Of a stretch of 64,000 nucleotides of DNA, positions 37,690 to 47,684 are shown in pieces (position 1 is the stretch's first letter; the number at the start of each line of letters is the position of its first letter). The notes under the pieces were generated by a model, which ran no database searches, had not been told where the DNA came from, and saw only the letters and a list, made by a program, of their open reading frames with translations. Source of the DNA: a bacterium (GTDB taxonomy: Bacteria; Hinthialibacterota; Hinthialibacteria; Hinthialibacterales; Hinthialibacteraceae); assembly GCA_963662285.2 (NCBI GenBank), contig CAXXMV010000006.1, forward strand, positions 864,001-928,000. The letters run 5' to 3'. A program made the translations under genes and the position numbers.

Positions 37690-39690
37690 TCATTCAACTT
37701 TTTCACAGATGATATTAGTCAGTTTTAAGCCCAGGCCTTCAGATTTTTCATTCTTGTCAATCAACTTAAACATAAGGTTGTTCTGGCCTTGATCCAATTG
37801 CAGCGTTCCAATATATTTTTCAGGAGCGTTTTCAATATCGGCGCTGTAAAGATCCAATGCGGGGCCTACCGGCGCCTCATCCATGAACATCTGCACGATT
37901 CCCTGATCGGGGCCTTTCACTAAATCAAGGCTTATTTTGTAGGTTCCCGCTGTGGGGAGTTCACAGCTGAAACTGATTGAATGAAGTCCGAACATGGCTT
38001 GACCATTTGTGCTCATAGAAAGATAACGTATATCTTTATTATTGACGTCTTTGCCAGACTCTTTCTTAAGAGTTGCATTTCTAAGCGAGAACGAATAGAT
38101 CGGTGTGTTCCACCATACGGCGAAAATGATCTTTTGCGGATCAATAACCTTTCGCTCTTCAACCGGCGCTAATGCAAAATCACAAGTTGGCCGTTCCATT
38201 GAATAGAGATAAGTCACGCCGCAGTAGTCATTCAATATATCGTTATTGGTTGGAGCGTGCTCTATGGTTTGTAATATATTTTCTTTGTAAGCGTAGGCGT
38301 CTCCCAGCATGATGCGGTAGCCGCCGGTACGTCCCAGGTGTTTTTTGTAGCCCAGGCATCCGCTTAGTGGAAAAGCCCTACTTGTTTCCCAGCGTCCTGG
38401 AACATCGTACCATCCGCCATTATAAAAATCCTCCGACCCTGTTCCATGAACTACCAATTCGCCGTCAATGGTTGTCTGATCGTCGCCCTCGAAGAAAGGC
38501 GTCACGCCTGATTCAAATCCCTGCGATTGCTGGATAACGCCAACTATATGCCCCTGTCCTTTTGTATCAATAAAGGTAAACGGTTTTCCTTTAGTAGTAG
38601 GATTCTCTCTGCGCCATAGCGCATAGAATTTCGCTTCGTTTTTCTTTCTGGCTATAGGCGTATAGAGAATCTCTGCTTCAACAGAGACTTCTTGGTTCAT
38701 TCCCGGTTCGGCGACAAGTTCTATTCTGGCAGACTTATCGTATGGCATGGGGAAATAACAATAGTTAGCGTCGTCGGATGTACCGATGAGTAATGATTTT
38801 GTTGCAGGTTCTCCCCAGGCGTATCCGAAGAAGTCCGCGACAGGGCAATTGATTGCAGGTTTATCATCATTATCCCAGTAGGCCCGAATGGTAATATCGC
38901 GGTTTTTTCCGATAAACGCTTCCGCAGGATTCATGCGGATGCCAACGATTCTTCCCGGTTGTTTCATGTCAAAAACCGTTGCAGTTTTTCCTGGTTGCAG
39001 GGTGACTCTGGATGTGAATTTTTTTATCGAACCTTCATCTGGAGCAATAAAAGCACTGATATCTTTCCCGGCTAAACTGAATAGAGTCTTGGCTTTCTCA
39101 ATTTTTTTAATCTCTGTTGCATCAGGATTTGCAGAAAATGTTTTTATCCCAATATCTAGAGGATAATTTGCGTAATTGATTTGATAGAATTGGATTTTCT
39201 CGGCTCTGATAAATACTTTGCAGGATTTTTCATAACTCAATGGGACGTAACTATAGAAGCCTCCAGCGCCATACCCGGCCAGCGGGCGTGGAAATGTTGG
39301 GTGGTTTCCCATAAAAAGTTCGCGGAATTTCACCGTTATTCGAGGCTGATCTTCTCCATCAAAGTAGAACTCCATCACATCATCGGTCGGGGTTGGAGTC
39401 CATATCCGGTAAATGACGCCGGGGCCTTTCAAGTCGGCCAAAACCAATCCCCCTTCTTCCTTGCGCACGAAAGAATATTGTCCGCCGAATCCATCATTGT
39501 TGCCGCCCGTCCGGTCGTAGCTCGATATGGATGCCGCCTTGATTGATTGCTTCAACATGCCCAGGCAGTCGATCCGGTATAATTCATCAATTCCGGGCGT
39601 TAAGCCTTCATCAGCTGAAGAAACGGCGCCTAAAGTGAAGACCATTAAAACTAAAAAAACTACTGAATTTAATCGTATGTGAGAGTTCAT
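37690..39690 (-). CDS. DUF2961 (GH172-like) exported glycoside hydrolase
   Basis: SSYDRTGGNND, GPGVIYRIW, FFEGDD, GTGSEDFYNGGWY; signal peptide after the likely start 39690 (ORF track start 39774). Confidence 0.85.
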   Translation of the reverse strand: MNSHIRLNSVVFLVLMVFTLGAVSSADEGLTPGIDELYRIDCLGMLKQSIKAASISSYDRTGGNNDGFGGQYSFVRKEEGGLVLADLKGPGVIYRIWTPTPTDDVMEFYFDGEDQPRITVKFRELFMGNHPTFPRPLAGYGAGGFYSYVPLSYEKSCKVFIRAEKIQFYQINYANYPLDIGIKTFSANPDATEIKKIEKAKTLFSLAGKDISAFIAPDEGSIKKFTSRVTLQPGKTATVFDMKQPGRIVGIRMNPAEAFIGKNRDITIRAYWDNDDKPAINCPVADFFGYAWGEPATKSLLIGTSDDANYCYFPMPYDKSARIELVAEPGMNQEVSVEAEILYTPIARKKNEAKFYALWRRENPTTKGKPFTFIDTKGQGHIVGVIQQSQGFESGVTPFFEGDDQTTIDGELVVHGTGSEDFYNGGWYDVPGRWETSRAFPLSGCLGYKKHLGRTGGYRIMLGDAYAYKENILQTIEHAPTNNDILNDYCGVTYLYSMERPTCDFALAPVEERKVIDPQKIIFAVWWNTPIYSFSLRNATLKKESGKDVNNKDIRYLSMSTNGQAMFGLHSISFSCELPTAGTYKISLDLVKGPDQGIVQMFMDEAPVGPALDLYSADIENAPEKYIGTLQLDQGQNNLMFKLIDKNEKSEGLGLKLTNIICEKVE

Positions 39691-39781
39691 TTTTAGCCTT
39701 TCCTGCCGGTTTATTATTTTCAAAATAAATAGGACTGTTTTGCAGCGCTGGTCCCTTATTTTATAATTGCTCATCAGTCAT

Positions 39782-39865
39782 AATTTCTCAGGGTAAATCA
39801 CCACTGATTTTTTTTCAAAAGAGTCATGTTGAGAATAGTCATCTCTACAATGATGTCAAGCAATC
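39782..39865 (-). promoter_or_regulatory. duplicated upstream segment, copy 2, containing a sigma70-like promoter
   Basis: Minus strand TTGACA-16 bp-TATTCT; homologous to 34942-35028. Confidence 0.55.
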
Positions 39866-39941
39866 TTTTTAATTTAGTGAAACGAAATTAATTTATTATA
39901 ATAGAGATTAAAGCAAACTGTTATTTTAGGAAATAGAGGTA

Positions 39942-41000
39942 ATGATAATGAAAATAAGTAAATTCGCGGCTCTTCTGCTATTTTCTTTGGTATTTGTATT
40001 GATTGCAGATTTTGGATGTATTGCGGAATCTGAAACAGATGCAAAACAACCGAAGGGCAATCCCGCGCCAAAACCGTTGTTTCGCGATCTGGTGTTTGAC
40101 GGCGCTGCTGATCCGGTATTGTGCTGGAACCGCCAGGAGAACAAATGGTTCATGTTCTACACCAATCGCCGGGCGAATCTTTCTGATGCTCCAGGCGTCT
40201 CCTGGGTGCATGGCACTCATATAGGCATTGCTGAATCATCGGACAATGGCGCAACCTGGAAATACCGGGGCATCGCTGACATTAAGTTTGGCGAAGGCGA
40301 CGTAACCTACTGGGCGCCCGAAGTGATCGAACATGCCGGAACCTATCACATGTATCTAACTTATGTACCGGGGATTTTCAACGATTGGAACGCCCCGCGT
40401 GACATAGTGCATTTAACCAGTAAGAATCTCATAAAGTGGGATTATCAATCAACCTTAAAACTTTCTTCCGGTAGAGTTATTGACGCCTGCGTATTTCAAC
40501 TTTCCAATGGAACATGGCGCATGTGGTACAACAATGAAGTAGATCACAAATCTATTTATTATGCCGATAGCCCGGATTTGTACAGTTGGGATGACATGGG
40601 AAAAGCCATCGGAGATCAGCCCGGCGAGGGGCCGATAGTTTTTCGATGGAAAGACGCTTATTGGATGGTGGTTGATGTGTGGCAAGGTCTTGGAATTTAC
40701 CGTTCAACGGATTGCTTGAATTGGAAGCGGCAAGCGGCCAATCTGCTAGAAACTCCGGGGCAGGGAACTGATGATAAAGTGAAAGGCGGTCACCCGGATG
40801 TTGTTGTAAGCGGGGATCGGGCTTTTCTATTCTATTTTACCCATCCCGGTCGGCAGGGCGCCGATGCTGAAAAGGATACTTATGAACAGCGCCGCAGTTC
40901 TATCCAGGTCGTAGAACTTGAATATAACAACGGTGAGATAACCTGTGATCGTGACAAACCAACAAAGATTTACCTAAAACCGGATTCAAAGAAAAATTAA
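39942..41000 (+). CDS. five-bladed beta-propeller glycoside hydrolase (GH43-like clan)
   Basis: Signal peptide; DGAADP, YWAPEV, VIDA, GEGP, GGHPDV motifs. Confidence 0.82.
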   Translation: MIMKISKFAALLLFSLVFVLIADFGCIAESETDAKQPKGNPAPKPLFRDLVFDGAADPVLCWNRQENKWFMFYTNRRANLSDAPGVSWVHGTHIGIAESSDNGATWKYRGIADIKFGEGDVTYWAPEVIEHAGTYHMYLTYVPGIFNDWNAPRDIVHLTSKNLIKWDYQSTLKLSSGRVIDACVFQLSNGTWRMWYNNEVDHKSIYYADSPDLYSWDDMGKAIGDQPGEGPIVFRWKDAYWMVVDVWQGLGIYRSTDCLNWKRQAANLLETPGQGTDDKVKGGHPDVVVSGDRAFLFYFTHPGRQGADAEKDTYEQRRSSIQVVELEYNNGEITCDRDKPTKIYLKPDSKKN

Positions 41001-41017
41001 CCTGCAAAAGTCTAGTC

Positions 41018-41051
41018 GTAGGGTGGGCTAAAAGCGACAGCGTAGCCCACC
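41018..41051 (+). repeat. REP-like palindrome, GTAG family variant A
   Basis: GTAGGGTGGGCTAAAAGCGACAGCGTAGCCCACC between convergent genes. Confidence 0.82.
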
Positions 41052-41070
41052 AAGTTTCACTAATGTCATC

Positions 41071-42045
41071 TCATCCGAAAGCCCTCTTCAAGCATTCCGC
41101 AGCTTCCCGGTGGGCCGCTTTGGCTTGGCTGGTAATTCCGCCCATACCCCAAAACGGGTGGATCATTCCGTTGTAGCGTGAGCACTGAACCGAAACTCCC
41201 GCTTCATGCAGGCGTTTGGCGTAAGCCTCTCCTTCATCGCGCAGTGGATCAAATTCCGCTGTAACCACCAAAGCCGGAGGCAGTCCGCTGAGATCATCCG
41301 CCAGCAAGGGCGAAGCGTAAGGGGATTCGGCTGATGCAGAACCCATATACAACCTTCGAAACCATTCCATCATACTTTTGGTGAGAAAATAACCCTCAGC
41401 ATATTGGCTGTAAGAATCCGTGTCAAACGAAACCATGTTAGTCACCGGATAAATCAGCATTTGAAATACTAAAGGAAGATCGCCATTCTCTTTGGCTTTG
41501 ATCGAGGTTACGGCTGACAGGTTGCCGCCTGCGCTGTCTCCGCCAACTGCAATCCGGTTGGGATCGCCATTATAACGAGCGATGTTTTGGTGCACCCATT
41601 TCGCCGCTGCATAGGCGTCATCCGCCGCTGCGGGAAACGGATGTTCCGGCGCCAGGCGGTAATCCACCGAGACGACTATGCAGTTCACTAAATTGCACAT
41701 AGAGCGGCAGGGAGAATCATGGGTGTCTAAATTGCAAATCACCCAGCCTCCGCCATGATAATAAACCAGTACCGGAAAAGGCCCGTCTCCTGCTGGCGTG
41801 TATATGCGAGCATTGAGTTTATGAGTTACAAGGTCGATTTCGATATCTTCAACTGAATGCACATCTTCAGTGACGCTATTCATCGAACTTATGCCCGATA
41901 AAGCCGCGATGCGGGCGTCGGCCACTGGAATATCCTCAAACAACGGGGCGTTCTGTTTCTTGATTTCTTCAATGCACGCTTTTATATCCGGATCTAAGAT
42001 TCCACCGCTTAAATGCTTTTGTATGATTTGTAATGAACCGCTCAT
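41071..42045 (-). CDS. alpha/beta hydrolase, hormone-sensitive-lipase (Aes-like) esterase
   Basis: HGGGW, VDYRLAPEHPFPAA, GDSAGG, DPLRDEG, GMIHPF. Confidence 0.93.
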   Translation of the reverse strand: MSGSLQIIQKHLSGGILDPDIKACIEEIKKQNAPLFEDIPVADARIAALSGISSMNSVTEDVHSVEDIEIDLVTHKLNARIYTPAGDGPFPVLVYYHGGGWVICNLDTHDSPCRSMCNLVNCIVVSVDYRLAPEHPFPAAADDAYAAAKWVHQNIARYNGDPNRIAVGGDSAGGNLSAVTSIKAKENGDLPLVFQMLIYPVTNMVSFDTDSYSQYAEGYFLTKSMMEWFRRLYMGSASAESPYASPLLADDLSGLPPALVVTAEFDPLRDEGEAYAKRLHEAGVSVQCSRYNGMIHPFWGMGGITSQAKAAHREAAECLKRAFG

Positions 42046-42156
42046 TCATATCTCCAATCAGTATGTTGTTGATTATTTACATTGATTATTTACTATGTGT
42101 CAAGATTTAGGGGTTTTCCTCTTTATGAATTATGAAAAATATGTTATTAATGTAGT

Positions 42157-43407
42157 ATGAAAATAAATCGAAAATCATTTATAAGCGCCGCAGGTACAGG
42201 GCTTTTAGCCATAGCATCATACAAAACCTCCGAAGCCAATAAGAGAAGAATATCGACTGCGATACTGGATAAGGCTGCTGCGCGTCGCGTGTTGAATGTT
42301 GATGATATCAAAGCGCCGGTCAAGATCGCTTCGATTGAGTTATTCAGGTTCGGTAACGAACATTTCGTAAAAACAACTTCAACCGATGGAGCCATAGGTT
42401 TCGCAATAACTAACAATCGCGTCGCGTATCTATATCCACTGCTCGAACAGACCGTCATTCCGTACTTTATCGGCGCAGACGCTCGCAATCTCGAAGACCT
42501 GATTGACGGTATTTATTTATTCAACAGTAATTACAAACTACAGGGACTGGCGTTATGGTGCTGTGTTGCCTGGGTGGAATTCAGCATCCTGGATATGCTG
42601 GGTAAGATTTTAGATAAACCCATCGGCGCTCTATTGGGCGGTATTATCAACAAAGAGATTCCGGTATATTGCGCCAGCGGCAACCGGAATACATCTCCTC
42701 AAGAAGAAGCCGATATATTAAAAAAACTGGTTGATGATAATGGAGTAAAAGCAGTCAAATTCAAAGTGGGCGGGCGTATGAGCAACAACGCCGATTCGAT
42801 TCTCGGACGCACAGAATCTTTGATCCCGCTGGTTCGAAAAGTATTAGGCGACCATATCACCATTCACGCCGATTCAAACGGTTCCTATGATGCTCCCAAG
42901 GCGATTGAAATCGGTAAGATGCTCGAGGATATCGATGCCCATTTCTTTGAAGAACCTTGTCCCTTCGATCATCTGGAAGATACTAGAAAAGTAGCCGACG
43001 CATTAAATATTCCCATCGCGGGCGGCGAATGCGAAAGCAGTCATCAACGCTTCCGCTGGATGATCGAAAATAACGCAGTCCAGGTAGTGCAGCCCGATCT
43101 GCATTATTATGGTGGATTTATTCGCTCCCAACGGGTCGCCCGGATGGCGGCGGCGGCGGGAAGCCCCATTACCTTGCACATGGGCGGCAGCGGAGTTGGT
43201 TTTGTTGAAGTGCTTCAGTTCGCTTCTTGTACTCCGAACGCTGGAAAATTCCAGGAATTTAAAGGCAACTTAAAAAAACTCAGTCAATGGTATGATCCAC
43301 CGCTTAGATTAAAGGACGGCGCCATCAATATCCCCGAAGGACCGGGAATGGGGATTAACGCCAATCCAGATTTTCTGCAAAAAGCCAGACGGATTATCCC
43401 TGGTTGA
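42157..43407 (+). CDS. mandelate racemase/muconate lactonizing enolase-superfamily protein with Tat-like signal
   Basis: NRKSFI N-terminus; KFKVG, DSNG, FEEP, GGE, QPD, PEGPGMG. Confidence 0.88.
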   Translation: MKINRKSFISAAGTGLLAIASYKTSEANKRRISTAILDKAAARRVLNVDDIKAPVKIASIELFRFGNEHFVKTTSTDGAIGFAITNNRVAYLYPLLEQTVIPYFIGADARNLEDLIDGIYLFNSNYKLQGLALWCCVAWVEFSILDMLGKILDKPIGALLGGIINKEIPVYCASGNRNTSPQEEADILKKLVDDNGVKAVKFKVGGRMSNNADSILGRTESLIPLVRKVLGDHITIHADSNGSYDAPKAIEIGKMLEDIDAHFFEEPCPFDHLEDTRKVADALNIPIAGGECESSHQRFRWMIENNAVQVVQPDLHYYGGFIRSQRVARMAAAAGSPITLHMGGSGVGFVEVLQFASCTPNAGKFQEFKGNLKKLSQWYDPPLRLKDGAINIPEGPGMGINANPDFLQKARRIIPG

Positions 43408-43467
43408 GGGAATGGTGAACATCTGTAATCCGCAATTCTATAACATAATATCAAGGGATTCTCAACT

Positions 43468-44451
43468 ATGCTAAAAACTTGTGTGATTCAATTCATCCTC
43501 ATCCTGGGTTTATCATCCTACGCGTTGGCGGTCGCGCCTGAATATTCAATAGTAGACAAGGGCGTTATCATCCAAGGCGTTGATGGAACAAATCCAATTA
43601 TTTATGATAACGATTGGTGGGATGATGTATTCGACAACAACTATCTATGGGCGCAAGTTCATCTAGGTAAAGCCGATTTACGGGGCAATATCGTTACCCG
43701 TGATATGTGGGATCATCCAAAATATATCTATTCCATGAAAAAATGCGTCGATAATGCCCATAAAGCGCTTCGAGAAGCGAAAGACAGTGGTTTGAAAATC
43801 AACCAGCCCATAACTCCGGGGTCAGACCGCGTGTTGACTTGCCCAGCCAGCGGTAAAATTGAAGATACTAAATCATATCCAACTCCGGGCAGTCGTTTAA
43901 TCGTCCAGCAAGCCAAAAAAGCCTCCAGCAATAAACCACTGGTCATTATCGCTGGAGGTCCTCTAACCACAATCGCCAACGCCTTACTGACCAATCCTGA
44001 AATAGCTGACCGCATTATCGTTTTCGCCTTAAGTATTCATTCCTATGCTTATAACGGAAAAGATGGCTGGAGTGGATATATCGTGGCCAAAAAAACTCGA
44101 ATGGTTGAATGGGCTACTGGTTCGTTCTGGGATAAAAATTCTGTTTTCGCTCCGAAACACTTTGAAAATCTGCCGGACAATCCCTTCTGCAAAGATATGA
44201 AGTGCCTCATTAACACCGAATTAGGTCAACTCAATCAGCTGGGCGACGGCGCCCCGTTGGTTTGGCTCTACAACACCAAATGCTGGAACGGAGCAAAAAT
44301 CAGAAAAGCCGTCTGGAACAAAAAAAAGGTAGATTTCATCGAAGACAAAGAAGGCGACATTCTCGATATCCCGAAAGCCAACACCGACCTAGACGAAAGC
44401 CGCAAAGAATTCTTCCGCGTAATATCTGATACCAACCTGTTTAATAATTAA
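43468..44451 (+). CDS. exported nucleoside-hydrolase-like protein
   Basis: Signal peptide; IIYDNDWWDD, PLVIIAGGPLTTIANALLTNPEIADRI. Confidence 0.65.
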   Translation: MLKTCVIQFILILGLSSYALAVAPEYSIVDKGVIIQGVDGTNPIIYDNDWWDDVFDNNYLWAQVHLGKADLRGNIVTRDMWDHPKYIYSMKKCVDNAHKALREAKDSGLKINQPITPGSDRVLTCPASGKIEDTKSYPTPGSRLIVQQAKKASSNKPLVIIAGGPLTTIANALLTNPEIADRIIVFALSIHSYAYNGKDGWSGYIVAKKTRMVEWATGSFWDKNSVFAPKHFENLPDNPFCKDMKCLINTELGQLNQLGDGAPLVWLYNTKCWNGAKIRKAVWNKKKVDFIEDKEGDILDIPKANTDLDESRKEFFRVISDTNLFNN

Positions 44452-44618
44452 ATTCAATAATTTCATAAAACTCAATAGATATTTGGGAAATAATTGAGTC
44501 TGATCAGAATAACGTTATAGGTCAACTTCAGGAGGAGATGAAGGAATAATATTAAGCAGTTTTGCGATCAAATCAGGGATATCATCTACCACAACGCGCC
44601 AAAGGCGCTCATGTTTGA

Positions 44619-45470
44619 TATCACCATATTCATGAGCCAACACATGCCGTTGTCCGTGATGCGCGAAACCAACATCCCATCCCCGATGCTAAAGTCATTC
44701 TCAAAAACCAGCAGGGTAATATTTTTGATAAAGTTATCCAAACCGACGAAATGGGATTTTTTAAGGTCGATAATATTCAAGCAGGTATTTATCAACTTTT
44801 TTCAGAAGCGGATGGTTACGCTCAACAGGAAAACCAATTCATAACCATTGAATCAGACAAACCAAATGTCGTGGATATCTTGCTGTACCCAAGCGCAATA
44901 CTAAAGGGGATCGTCTTGGATGATCAACAACAACCTATTACCGGCGCCTCTCTTTATTTACAGAGTGAAATGGTTAAAGCCGATATTGCAAGTTTTCCTC
45001 CTCAATTAGAATCGCTGAGAGTCTATGAAAGTGATATCAATGGCCAGTTTGAAATCCCTGCTGTATCAATTAACGGCGATGCATTGATAGCGACTCATGC
45101 CTCTTTGGCTCCAGTACTCTATCAACTGCAACCCGATTGGAAAAATAACAGTGAGTCTTTGATTATTTACATGAATCATGGCGGGAGTATTGCAGGAAGC
45201 GTGATTGATGAAAACAATAACCCATTGTCGCAATCTGAGATCATATATTACAATCAACTGGATTTTCCCTGGCTGGTAGGACAAACTTCAACTAGGGAAG
45301 ATGGAACTTTTCGCCTAGATAATCTTTCTCCGGTTATGCTGACATTACATTGCTTCTCCGTAAAGTCAGAGCAGACTAGTCAACATAGCCAAAAGTTCAT
45401 GGTAAAGCAAAACCAGGTTACAACATTACAGTTTCAATTGAGCAACTCATCATCAATGACGAAACAGTAA
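44619..45470 (+). pseudogene. 5'-decayed remnant of a carboxypeptidase-regulatory-like (Ig-like repeat) protein
   Basis: The frame of ORF 44751-45470 continues upstream as VVRDARNQHPIPDAKVIL...TDEMGFF (a repeat unit) to TGA at 44616, with no proper start or signal peptide; repeats GIVLDDQQQPI and GSVIDENNNPL. Confidence 0.6.
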
Positions 45471-45846
45471 AAAGGTCTAAAAGAATTATTTTGTCCATTG
45501 TGGGTTGTCGATGCTTAATCATGGTGCTAAAAATTTGGTAAGAGTTTTTTGTTAAAGAGTTCCCCATGATGATAATCTGCTGTACTGTGGATATATTCTA
45601 CAATTCCTCCACAAATTCATAGACGGTAGTTCCATATTATCTAAATGACTGGCATAATAAAATCAGGAATTAATACTATGTATAAATTAAACATATATGT
45701 TATAACATATTGAAAAATTTAAATTTATGCATCAACCATATAACAGTTATATTACTCTCTTGTTTTATGAATATTATATGATGAATGCCTTTCCCCTATC
45801 GGAAGATAGCTAGTTTTCAATTTATTACGTTTTTTGACTGAAGGAG

Positions 45847-47358
45847 ATGTTAATGAAAAAGATCATGCTGATTTATCCTCCATACGAACGGTTTCGCGGG
45901 ACATCTTTCGCGCATTTCCCCATCGGTCTTGGTTTTTTGGCCACCATGTTAAATAACAACGGCTATGAAGCCCGTATTTATAACGCCGATTTCGGGCCGG
46001 TTGAAACTGAATGTTTCGGTGAAAGAGATATAGTAAGCCGCACCAAAACCCAGGATATTTTCAGCTGCAACGCATTGGATGATAATCATTATATCTGGAA
46101 GGAAATCCGGCAACGTTTATCGGACTATCAACCGGATATGGTGGGGATTTATACCACGACGGTCGCTTATCCTATCGTCTTAAAGATTCTATCCATCGTC
46201 AAAGAGATGAATAGCGATTGCGTCACCATACTTGGCGGCCCGCACCCCACTGTCTTACCCGACAAAGTGATGGAGATCGAGTATGTCGATTTTCTGTTAA
46301 TGGGCGAAGCGGAATTCACCTTGCCGAAACTGTGCGACGAGATCAAAAATGGCGCCCGTAATTTCCAATCGATTGCTGGATTGGGATATCGTGATAATGG
46401 TAATGTGATTATCAATAAAGATTATGCCTTCAACGACAATATTGGTGAACTGCCAGTTGTGGACCGGGAAGTGGTTTTCGACCGGGAAACCTATCCCAAT
46501 AACGTTTTGGGTGGAACCATCCTTGGCAGCAGAGGGTGTCCCCACCGCTGTACTTTTTGCGCCAGCGTTTCGATTTGGAAACGCCATATTCGCTATCTGT
46601 CTGTTGAAAATATCATTGCCGAATTAAAGCAATTAAAAGAAAAATACAAATTAACCCGCTTCTCTTTTTATGATGATACTTTTACCAGTCATGCCAAAAA
46701 AGCCAGAGAATTTTGTGAAAAACTGATCGAAGAAAAAATCGACCTCAATTGGACCTGTCTTACACGGGCTGATTTGATCAATGAACCGATGTTGGATTTA
46801 CTCAAGCGCTCTGGTTGCACGGCTATTTCCGTCGGCATCGAATCGGGCAGCGACCGGGTTTTGAAGGCTATGAAGAAGGGCATCACAACCGAAACCATTC
46901 GTAATGCAGTTCGTTTAATTAAACGACATCAAATGGAATTTTATGCATTTTTTATTGTAGGTTTGCCATACGAAAAAGCTGAAGATATTCGTATGACTAT
47001 CGACATCATTAAAGAGATCAAACCAGATCACATGAACCTCAGTACGTTTTTTCCCTATCCCGGAACCGAAGCGCATGAGGAAACCGTCAAACTTGGCATG
47101 CTGGACGCCGATTATGATTGGGCTACGAATTTAGAAATTGGTCATCACAGTATGCACAATTGTTTTACGCCCCATATTCCCAAAGAGGAATTCAAAACCC
47201 TGGTGGTTGAAGCGCTCGAAACCGCCCGTCAAGCCAATGCTGTGACCTTGCAAAAACGATTGAATAGCTATTGGCAGCGTAAAGGATACTATCTGAAGCA
47301 TCCGGAATACCTGGTGAAAAGATTCTTTGCTATTGTCAGAGGGAAAACCAGTTCCTAG
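45847..47358 (+). CDS. B12-binding radical SAM protein (class B-like)
   Basis: PIGLGFLA, ILGGPHPT cobalamin-binding region, SRGCPHRCTFC, DDTF, GIESGS, PYPGT; AAGGAG RBS. Confidence 0.92.
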   Translation: MLMKKIMLIYPPYERFRGTSFAHFPIGLGFLATMLNNNGYEARIYNADFGPVETECFGERDIVSRTKTQDIFSCNALDDNHYIWKEIRQRLSDYQPDMVGIYTTTVAYPIVLKILSIVKEMNSDCVTILGGPHPTVLPDKVMEIEYVDFLLMGEAEFTLPKLCDEIKNGARNFQSIAGLGYRDNGNVIINKDYAFNDNIGELPVVDREVVFDRETYPNNVLGGTILGSRGCPHRCTFCASVSIWKRHIRYLSVENIIAELKQLKEKYKLTRFSFYDDTFTSHAKKAREFCEKLIEEKIDLNWTCLTRADLINEPMLDLLKRSGCTAISVGIESGSDRVLKAMKKGITTETIRNAVRLIKRHQMEFYAFFIVGLPYEKAEDIRMTIDIIKEIKPDHMNLSTFFPYPGTEAHEETVKLGMLDADYDWATNLEIGHHSMHNCFTPHIPKEEFKTLVVEALETARQANAVTLQKRLNSYWQRKGYYLKHPEYLVKRFFAIVRGKTSS

Positions 47359-47431
47359 AGTATACTTTGTTTGAAGGCTGATCATGAAAAGTGATAACAA
47401 CATTTTGGGGAATTAATGGGCAGTCAAAAAA

Positions 47432-47464
47432 GTAAGATAGGACAAAGCGACCGCGTGTCCCATC
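47432..47464 (+). repeat. REP-like palindrome, GTAG family variant B (degenerate)
   Basis: GTAAGATAGGACAAAGCGACCGCGTGTCCCATC. Confidence 0.7.
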
Positions 47465-47684
47465 GTTTTATTGGATGTAATCATTATAGCAAAAAAATCT
47501 AAAATCTTTGACTATGATTTTAAATCGTATATACGTTTCTCCATATCTTGATTGATGCTTTTCAAAAAATATAAGTGATCTATTTCAGAATATAGGCTAA
47601 ACTCCAACTTTATCAAAAAATAGAATTCCTCCCCCACCCCACAAGAATCCCAAAACCCCAAAATCACTGCTATGATGGTTGATT

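Noticed and set aside
44616-44618. Selenocysteine or readthrough at the in-frame TGA
   Set aside because: Not a redox or Cys-equivalent position, no evident SECIS hairpin, and the upstream sequence also looks frameshifted; decay is the simpler explanation.
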